The position numbers were made by a program, and so were the translations under genes. Positions 52,348 to 58,913 of a DNA stretch of 58,913 bases are shown here, piece after piece. Numbering within the stretch: position 1 is the first letter of the stretch; each line of letters begins with the position of its first letter. A model generated the notes under the pieces. It was not told the DNA's origin. It saw nothing but the letters and a program-made list of their open reading frames with translations, and made no database searches. This stretch comes from a bacterium (lineage in GTDB: Bacteria; Patescibacteriota; Doudnabacteria; UBA920), in contig JAJZRC010000001.1 in NCBI GenBank assembly GCA_021847435.1, forward strand, positions 1-58,913. Direction: 5' to 3'.

Positions 52348-53538
52348 TTACTTCATTTTCTTGCGGATGAAAGCCGGTATGTCCAATTCATCTTCATCCC
52401 CCGCGGCAGGCGCGGGACTCTCTGCGGGCTCGATCGGCGGAGCGGGTTTGGGGTTAAACATCGGCTTTCTGACTTCTGTCATGGCCGGCGGCGCGGCAAA
52501 CATCCTGGGCTCCGGCATTTTTGCTTTCTTGGCGTCATCGTTCAGCACCATGGCCACCGGACTGTTGGACCGGCTGGATTCGTCAAAGCCGGTTGCGATG
52601 ACTGTAATCCTGACTTCTTCGCCCATGGATTCGTCTATGACCGCGCCGAACTTAACCTTGGCATCGGAATCAATGCTGCGGGTAATAACCTTGGCGGCCT
52701 CGTCAATTTCAAACATGCCCAGGGAAGCGCCGCCGGTGATATTGAACAGCACGCCCTTGGCCCCGTCAATGGTCATTTCCAGCAGCGGAGAATTAATGGC
52801 AGCCTTGGCGGCATCCTGCGCGCGGTTCTCGCCGCTGGCCCGGCCAATGCCCATAAGGGCCGTGCCGGCATCCTGCATAATACTTTTCACATCGGCGAAG
52901 TCCGCGTTAACAATGCCGTGGGTGGTAATCAAATCGGAAATGCCCGCAATCCCCTGGCGCAAAACTTCGTCCACGGTTTTAAAAGCATCGATCAGGGAAG
53001 TTTTTTTGTCGATGATCTGCAGGATGCGGTCATTGTGGATAGAAATAATGGCATCAACCTTGTCTTTGAGGTTGTCGTAAGCGGTCTCCGCGACTTCTTT
53101 TCTTTTACTGCCTTCAAAGGTGAACGGCTTGGTTACCACGCCCACGGTCAAGATGCCTTTGTTCTTTGCCAGCTCGGCCACAATCGGCGCCGCGCCGCTG
53201 CCGGTGCCGCCACCGAGCCCGCAGGTAATAAACACCATGTCCGCATTGTCAATAACTTCTTCGAGCTCCTCCACGCTCTCTTCCGCCGCCTGCCTGCCCA
53301 GTTCCGGGTTCATGCCGCTGCCCAAGCCCTTGGTTGCGCCCTTGCCAATATGCACCTTGCGGTCGGCCTGGTTATTATGCAGCGCCTGGGCGTCTGTGTT
53401 GATGGAAATAAACTCCACTCCTTTAATCCCCAGCTGGGTCATGCGGTTGACCGCATTGGTGCCGCTGCCTCCGATGCCAAGTACTTTAATGCGCGCAAAA
53501 GTTTCAATTTTAGGTTTCACTTCCATATATTTCTTCAT
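52348..53538 (-). CDS. ftsZ: cell division GTPase FtsZ
   Basis: Contains GGGTGSGAAP and NTDAQAL. The C-terminal peptide is DIPAFIRKK. Confidence 0.97.
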   Translation of the reverse strand: MKKYMEVKPKIETFARIKVLGIGGSGTNAVNRMTQLGIKGVEFISINTDAQALHNNQADRKVHIGKGATKGLGSGMNPELGRQAAEESVEELEEVIDNADMVFITCGLGGGTGSGAAPIVAELAKNKGILTVGVVTKPFTFEGSKRKEVAETAYDNLKDKVDAIISIHNDRILQIIDKKTSLIDAFKTVDEVLRQGIAGISDLITTHGIVNADFADVKSIMQDAGTALMGIGRASGENRAQDAAKAAINSPLLEMTIDGAKGVLFNITGGASLGMFEIDEAAKVITRSIDSDAKVKFGAVIDESMGEEVRITVIATGFDESSRSNSPVAMVLNDDAKKAKMPEPRMFAAPPAMTEVRKPMFNPKPAPPIEPAESPAPAAGDEDELDIPAFIRKKMK

Positions 53539-53768
53539 GATGCTTGTTATCTTTAAATTGTCTCGCCCGGCAAGCCGGGACAGCAGCTATAACAGCCGTT
53601 TTTCCGCCCGCGGCTTGCGGACGGGAGCCTTTCCAAAAGAAAGGGCTCAAATATTAAATACATTATATATCCAAACGCATTATAGCACAAATCCTCCGCT
53701 CAAGGCTCGCCGGTTTGGCATAAAAAACCGCCCGCTTTCGGCGGACGGCAGGGCAGCTTGTTCAAAGC

Positions 53769-55019
53769 TTAAGGCAGAAATGACTTCAGCCATTTCCGCG
53801 CCTTAGTCACGCCCTGGCTGCTTAATATCCCTTTTACCGCATCGCCTAAGCCGCCGCCTGAGCCGAAACTCGACATTTTTCCGCCCCACAGCACCAGCCC
53901 CACAGCAGTCGCGAAACTTGGATCATCCACCCGGTCAATGATAGTAGTTACGTTCTGGGGCTTGCCTAAGACCGTGGGCAAACGCAAATGTTTCTTGCTG
54001 AATTCCACGATGCCCGGCAGTTTGCTGCCCCCGCCTGTCAGCACAATGCCGGATGGCAGCTTGCCGTCCCGCTGGATTTTTTTAAGCTCGTTATTGACCA
54101 TGCGGAAAATTTCTTCCAAGCGGGCCTCAATAATTTCCACCACGTATTCCCGCGAAGTATTCTGGTCTTCGCTCGCATCCAATTTGGATAAATCTATTTC
54201 TTCGTCTTTGGACACCGCCTTGGGGTCGGCGTGGCCGTAAAAAAGTTTTACCTTTTCTGCCGTCTCAATGCTGCACCTTAAGCCAATGGCGACATCGTTG
54301 GTTATGTGCATGCCGCCCAAAGGCAGCACGGTTGTATGGAATAAGTCGCCTTCCTCATAAACTGCCATGCTCGTCGTTCCGGCCCCAATATCCACCAAGC
54401 ATACGCCCAAATCCTTTTGGCGTTTGTTTAACACCGCTTCGGAAGCCGCGCAGGCGGACAGCACCATTTCGCCCATCTCCAAGCCGGCCTGAAGAATTAC
54501 GCGCGACAAATTTTTGATAAAAGGCAGGCCCGCCTGGACAATAATCGTATCCACTTCCAAACGGATACCCGTCATGCCTAATGGATCTTTTATGCCCGGC
54601 TGGCCGTCCAGGGTAAAAGTCTTGGGAAAAACGTGGAGAACCTCTTTGTTCTGGGGAATGGAAATGGCCTGGCTGGCGTCGACGCAGCGGACGATGTCGC
54701 TTTCGGAAATTTCTCCATCGGCCCGCGATATGGCAATGACCCCGTGGGAAGAAATCGAAGCGATATGGTTGCCGCCCACGGATACATTGGCTGCGGTTAC
54801 AGGCACCCCGGTCATGCGCTCAACTTTTTCCAGCGCGCTGGAAACGGCGGATACCGCCTCTTCAATATCGACAATCACCCCGCGACGCAAACCCAAAGAC
54901 GGCACCTCGCTGGCGCCAATCACGCTAAAGCCGCCGGTTGCGGGGTCGAACTTTGCCTGGATTACCCGCGCGCTGGCCGTGCCAATGTCCAAACCGGTTA
55001 TGTATTGTTCTTTTGCCAT
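53769..55019 (-). CDS. ftsA: cell division protein FtsA
   Basis: Actin-fold phosphate motifs LDIGTA and VDIGAGTT. I used the internal Met (MAKEQYITG). Confidence 0.92.
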   Translation of the reverse strand: MAKEQYITGLDIGTASARVIQAKFDPATGGFSVIGASEVPSLGLRRGVIVDIEEAVSAVSSALEKVERMTGVPVTAANVSVGGNHIASISSHGVIAISRADGEISESDIVRCVDASQAISIPQNKEVLHVFPKTFTLDGQPGIKDPLGMTGIRLEVDTIIVQAGLPFIKNLSRVILQAGLEMGEMVLSACAASEAVLNKRQKDLGVCLVDIGAGTTSMAVYEEGDLFHTTVLPLGGMHITNDVAIGLRCSIETAEKVKLFYGHADPKAVSKDEEIDLSKLDASEDQNTSREYVVEIIEARLEEIFRMVNNELKKIQRDGKLPSGIVLTGGGSKLPGIVEFSKKHLRLPTVLGKPQNVTTIIDRVDDPSFATAVGLVLWGGKMSSFGSGGGLGDAVKGILSSQGVTKARKWLKSFLP

Positions 55020-55062
55020 GTTGTATCTTGCATGCGGCACGACCTGCCGCGCGCATCCTGGT

Positions 55063-55506
55063 TTACGATTTTAGTTTTTCTTTAAGAATGCGGGCCAGCG
55101 TGGCTCCGTCGGCAGCCGGGCCAAGCTTGCTTTTAAGCTTGGCCATGGCCTGGCCGAAATCCTTTGCGGTAAAATTATTTTCCATTATTACCTGGCCGGC
55201 CAGTTCCACAAGCTGTTCTTCGGGCATAGACTGGGGCAAGTATTTCTCCAGGACCGAAGCTTCGTCCAGCTCCTTTTGCGCAAGCTCGCCGCGTCCGCCG
55301 CTCTGGTAGGTTTGGGCGGCTTCCTTGCGGCGCTTTACCTCGCTCCTGACTAAGGCCAACATATCGGTCTCTGACAAATTTGCCATTTTGGCGATTTTTT
55401 CATTTTGCACCCGCGTTTTCAGCCCGCGCAAAGTTTCCACCGCCAGCTGGTTTTTTCCCTTCATGGCTGCAGACAGGTCTTTTTCAATTTGTTCTAGTGA
55501 CAGCAT
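55063..55506 (-). CDS. GatB/YqeY-domain protein
   Basis: MLSLEQIEKDLSAAMKGKN...RGLKTRVQNEKI...DFGQAMAKLKSKLGPAADG. The N-terminal 74 aa of the track ORF were discarded. Confidence 0.85.
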   Translation of the reverse strand: MLSLEQIEKDLSAAMKGKNQLAVETLRGLKTRVQNEKIAKMANLSETDMLALVRSEVKRRKEAAQTYQSGGRGELAQKELDEASVLEKYLPQSMPEEQLVELAGQVIMENNFTAKDFGQAMAKLKSKLGPAADGATLARILKEKLKS

Positions 55507-55582
55507 AAATTCGATTATAAAGTTCGCAGAGTTTATAAAGCTTGAGGATCCTTGCCTTATAAACTCGATAACCCTACAAAAA

Positions 55583-55819
55583 TTAACGGCGCCCGTATTT
55601 TTTAACCACCGGCTTTCCCATGCGCTTTTGCTCTTCTTTTTGGGCCTTGATCTGGCTGCGGCGCCGGGCCGCCACCTTCTGCAAGTTGCGGGATTTCGGA
55701 GCCTCAAAAAAACGGATTCTGCGGGCACGGATCAAAACGCCGCTTTGCTGGATTTTACGGTTAAAACGGCGCAGTAAACTGTCAAAAGATTCGTTATCTT
55801 TTTTCTTAACTTCTACCAA
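55583..55819 (-). CDS. rpsU: 30S ribosomal protein S21
   Basis: VEVKKKDNESFDSLLRRFNRKIQQSG. TTG start with AGGTGA 6 nt upstream. Confidence 0.9.
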   Translation of the reverse strand: MVEVKKKDNESFDSLLRRFNRKIQQSGVLIRARRIRFFEAPKSRNLQKVAARRRSQIKAQKEEQKRMGKPVVKKYGRR

Positions 55820-55994
55820 ATGATATCACCTCTTTCTTTGTTGATTAGGTTAAGATCAGAAATCTTACACTTACTATAATATATATCAGGCTTTTGGTCA
55901 ACTCAAAACATGCCGACACCCGACAAAAAACCGCCTCCTGCGCGATCCGGACCATAAGAAGGCGGGGGAAACGGTTGATTTGATAATGCAAGCC

Positions 55995-56330
55995 CTATTC
56001 CGGCAGCTGCTTGCCGCCAAGCAAATGCATATGGAGATGCGGTATGACCATGCCGCCATCGCGGCCGACATTGAAAATCAATTTATAGCCGGTTTCGGCG
56101 ATTCCGTACTTGTTGGCCATTTCTTTTGCCGCGAAAATCATCTCCCCCGCCAACGCCTCATCCGCTTTTTCCAGATGCCCGATGCTGATGATGTGTTTTT
56201 TGGGAATAACCAGCAAATGAACCGGGGCTTTTGGCAGGATATCCTTTATCACGACCAAATGCTCATTCTCATATATAATTTCCGAGTCAATCGTTTTATT
56301 GATGATATTGCAAAATACGCAGTCGTCCAT
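55995..56330 (-). CDS. HIT-family nucleotide hydrolase
   Basis: CVFCNII and the histidine triad HLHMHLL. Confidence 0.9.
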   Translation of the reverse strand: MDDCVFCNIINKTIDSEIIYENEHLVVIKDILPKAPVHLLVIPKKHIISIGHLEKADEALAGEMIFAAKEMANKYGIAETGYKLIFNVGRDGGMVIPHLHMHLLGGKQLPE

Positions 56331-56411
56331 GGTATTACCTTGTATCTTTGGTCTTTCATCCTTGACCTGGCAAATTGCCGGTAAAAGATGAAGGATAAAG
56401 GATTAATGATA

Positions 56412-57707
56412 TTATCTTCCCAGCCGCTTTTTTACTTCCTGTACTATTTTATCATAAGAAATAATTTCCTGCATGCCGCTTTTGACGTCGCGCAAAATTA
56501 CCATGTCGTCCATGGCTTCTTTCTGGCCCATAATCAACGCGATTGGCGCATGGCAGCTTTCCGCGTGTTTCAACTGGTTTTTAACCCCGGCATTGCCGAA
56601 ATGGTCATAGACTAGAATTTTCTCCGCCACCAGATCCCTGAACAGCCGCAAATTCTTTTTGGCAGCCAACTCGCCGAGCGGCACCAAAAAAACATCATTC
56701 TTATGCTCCCGTTCCACGAAAATTTTATTGGCTTCCATCAGTTCTTTTATTTTGCTGAGGCTGCCGGAAAAACCGAAGCAGCAGTAATTCTTGCCGCAGA
56801 GCTGCTGCATGAGCCCGTCATGATACCCACCCTCCCCGATTACCACAGTCTCCCCTTTTAGTTTGGCTTTGATTACCAGGTTGGTGCGACCATGGCCCGC
56901 CGGACCGGCATACAGGGGATTTAACTGGTACGGCACGCCCAGTTCATCCAAGGCTTCCAGGATGTTGGTGAAATGCTTGCGGCTCTCCGCATCCAAAAAA
57001 TCCAAAACTGCGGGAGCCTCGGAGAGCAAAGCCTGGCAATCCAGGTTATTGCACCTGAAAACGTTCAGCACTCGTCCCTGGATATGTTCATTGCAGTTAT
57101 CGCAAAGCTGGTATTTTTTGCCGGATAAAAAGTCCTGCAAAGTTTGGCTGTAAACGTCTTGGCACTCCGACTCTCCGATATGGTTAATTTCCAGCACGCA
57201 GTCCTTCAAACCCACGTCCTGCAAAAAATCCCAAACCGCGCCGATTACCTGGGCTTCGGTCAAATGGTTAAATGACCCGAAAACTTCGTAGCCAAAAACG
57301 TAGTCGGACTTCAGGCTGCCCTCGGGCTCCTGAGACACCGCAAAGCCGCTGTAAGCCCATTTGCTCAGAGGCGATTTATCGTAAACTTTATTTTGGTAAT
57401 ATGCCCTAAGTATGCCCGGCAAAAATTCCTTGCGGACTGCCGCATTTTTAGCCTTAAGCGGCAATTGCAAAGCCCCTTCCATGCTGCCGGCATTCTTACC
57501 CGCAGCCTCATAAAGACGGGCGTCCTCCAAAATGGGAACCTCTACCCGCTCAAAGCCGTATACCCTGGATACTTTGCCTAATTTTCTGAGCAGCGCGGCC
57601 CACAGCAAATCGGTTTCACCCACAATATCTTCCAGGTTTTCCAGGCCCTGAATTTTTTTACTTACATAGCTTCCGGAAGAACCGGCATTCTTTTTTGGTC
57701 GCCCCAT
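56412..57707 (-). CDS. histidyl-tRNA-synthetase-like protein with degenerate catalytic motifs and a Cys-rich insertion
   Basis: 431 aa. HisRS-like N-terminus (YGFERVEVPILED) and an anticodon-binding-type C-terminus (VFLVPLG...IALIMGQKE). The expected FRYERPQ.GR.R, RGLDYY and GGRYD motifs read FAVSQEPEGSLKSD, AGPAGHGR and EGGYHD. Confidence 0.7.
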   Translation of the reverse strand: MGRPKKNAGSSGSYVSKKIQGLENLEDIVGETDLLWAALLRKLGKVSRVYGFERVEVPILEDARLYEAAGKNAGSMEGALQLPLKAKNAAVRKEFLPGILRAYYQNKVYDKSPLSKWAYSGFAVSQEPEGSLKSDYVFGYEVFGSFNHLTEAQVIGAVWDFLQDVGLKDCVLEINHIGESECQDVYSQTLQDFLSGKKYQLCDNCNEHIQGRVLNVFRCNNLDCQALLSEAPAVLDFLDAESRKHFTNILEALDELGVPYQLNPLYAGPAGHGRTNLVIKAKLKGETVVIGEGGYHDGLMQQLCGKNYCCFGFSGSLSKIKELMEANKIFVEREHKNDVFLVPLGELAAKKNLRLFRDLVAEKILVYDHFGNAGVKNQLKHAESCHAPIALIMGQKEAMDDMVILRDVKSGMQEIISYDKIVQEVKKRLGR

Positions 57708-57772
57708 ATGCGAAAAAAATTAATTCAAAACTTGCCCGGCAAGTACGGTGCCGGCCCGGCCGGCTTCAGGCA

Positions 57773-58369
57773 TTAATAAGCCGGCGGGACAAAGAACCCG
57801 GCATCAGAAAACGGATAAACCCTGACCCAAACCTTGCCTACAATATCATTTTTAGGAAGAATGCCCCACACTCGGGAATCTGAACTTGCGGTACGGTTAT
57901 CGCCTAACACAAAATACTCATCGCTGCCTAGCTGAACCGAGTCGCTTCGGCCGAAAGTTTCCGCCTGGCTGGGAAGATAGGACTCACGCAGCCTTAAGCC
58001 TTCCGGATTTTGCTTATTATAGATGACCACCCCGCCCTGCTGGATTCGGACTGTCTCGCCCGGCAGGCCAATAACGCGCTTAATGAAGAATTGGGAAGTG
58101 TCCTTGGGGAATTTCAGTACCACTACATCCCCCCGCTGCGGCGCGCTTTTAAAATACGACAGGCGATCGATAATCAAATAGTCGTGATTGTGATAATTAG
58201 GCAGCATGGAAGATCCTGAAACCACGAACGGCTCGGCCACGTACATGCGAAACGGGACGATAATCACCAGCGCGATCACCAGAATCTTTAACAAATCCCA
58301 GACAAATGCCCCGATGGTACGCAAAGAGGAACTATTTTCGTTTGTGGCTTGATTTTTATTTTCTTCCAT
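57773..58369 (-). CDS. lepB: signal peptidase I
   Basis: VSGSSMLP (catalytic Ser), KRVIGLPG and GDNRTASSDSR. Confidence 0.9.
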   Translation of the reverse strand: MEENKNQATNENSSSLRTIGAFVWDLLKILVIALVIIVPFRMYVAEPFVVSGSSMLPNYHNHDYLIIDRLSYFKSAPQRGDVVVLKFPKDTSQFFIKRVIGLPGETVRIQQGGVVIYNKQNPEGLRLRESYLPSQAETFGRSDSVQLGSDEYFVLGDNRTASSDSRVWGILPKNDIVGKVWVRVYPFSDAGFFVPPAY

Positions 58370-58503
58370 AATATTTAAATATGTAATATTATTCTATAGA
58401 TATTTGCCGATTTGTAAAATCCGGCATGTTGTATGAACGTTTAAACGCCGGTTTGGCCCCGAAAAAAACGGCGGACCCGGCCGGATCTTCACCCCGTCGC
58501 CTG

Positions 58504-58580
58504 TGGTGGACAATACTGGACTCGAACCAGTGACCTCGCCGATGTGAACGGCGCGCTCTAACCAACTGAGCTAATTGTCC
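58504..58580 (-). tRNA. tRNA-Val (anticodon CAC)
   Basis: Minus strand: GGACAAT TA GCTCAGTTGGTTAGAGC G, anticodon arm CGCCG-TTCACAT-CGGCG, AGGTC, T arm ACTGG-TTCGAGT-CCAGT, then ATTGTCC-A-CCA. Confidence 0.9.
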
Positions 58581-58681
58581 TGACACAGGCGATGGGGCGG
58601 ATGCGAATCGAACGCTCTAACTTCACTCGCACCAATTCCCCTTACAACAAAATTATTTTTCTCCGAATGTAATTCCAATTA

Positions 58682-58912
58682 AATTTAGGACTTACGCACT
58701 GAGCCAAGTTCGACCCGCTTCGCCGGAGCTTCAGCGAGGCGAGGGCATTTTCCGAGCCTGCCTGCCGGCAGGCAGGGATTTTTGGAGGCGTAGCCGGGCT
58801 ACGCCGATAAAAACCGAGAGACGAAATAACGAAGAAATTGGCCGGAGCCGCTTTTTATGGGGCGGGCTCTGCCCGCCCAAAAAGCGGCGGTGCGTAAGTC
58901 CTATAATTAAAG
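58682..58912. repeat. MITE-like element, copy 3 (231 bp)
   Basis: Same termini as copy 1. Carries two extra internal segments: CCCGCTTCGCCGGAGCTTCAGCGAGGCGA and the palindrome CCTGCCTGCCGGCAGGCAGG. Confidence 0.8.
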
Positions 58913-58913
58913 G

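Overview
This 58.9-kb chromosomal window appears to come from a small-genome, Patescibacteria/CPR-like bacterium; that call is an inference from gene content only. It holds about 55 protein genes, nearly all on the minus strand.

Gene blocks, left to right:
- Envelope: a giant secreted lipase-like protein, two O-antigen-ligase/TPR paralogs and a 1148-aa Ser/Thr-rich surface-layer-like protein.
- Sugar-phosphate metabolism: transaldolase, LOG, class I aldolase and transketolase, followed by a GT2 plus a polytopic membrane protein.
- Housekeeping: metK, HU, nusB, rpmF, groES-groEL with a CIRCE variant, mutM and relA/spoT.
- Two NDK paralogs, cyclophilin, comEC, and a B12-uptake/adenosyltransferase/NrdJ/NrdR block.
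- ftsA-ftsZ, rpsU, HIT, a HisRS-like gene and lepB.
- Three tRNAs: Pro-UGG, Gly-UCC and Val-CAC.

I found no rRNA, CRISPR array, integrase or transposase.

Most notable observations:
1. An orphan retron-like reverse transcriptase (YADN instead of YADD) preceded by its own consensus-like promoter and a 17-bp-closed structured leader. This is a retron or DRT2-like RT+ncRNA layout with no effector, wedged between nrdR and the ftsZ side.
2. A promoter-to-terminator unit in which three exact 103-bp tandem units precede the intact tRNA-Pro. Each unit starts with nt 1-25 of tRNA-Pro and carries a segment antisense to its anticodon stem.
3. A GC-rich island between rpmF and groEL, packed with 25-76-aa mostly hydrophobic micro-ORFs that the ORF track does not list. 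Most have a well-placed GGAGG.
4. A MITE-like repeat family, an 81-bp repeat pair and GIY-YIG cassettes.
5. A HisRS-like protein and an NDK-like protein whose catalytic regions are degenerate or diverged.
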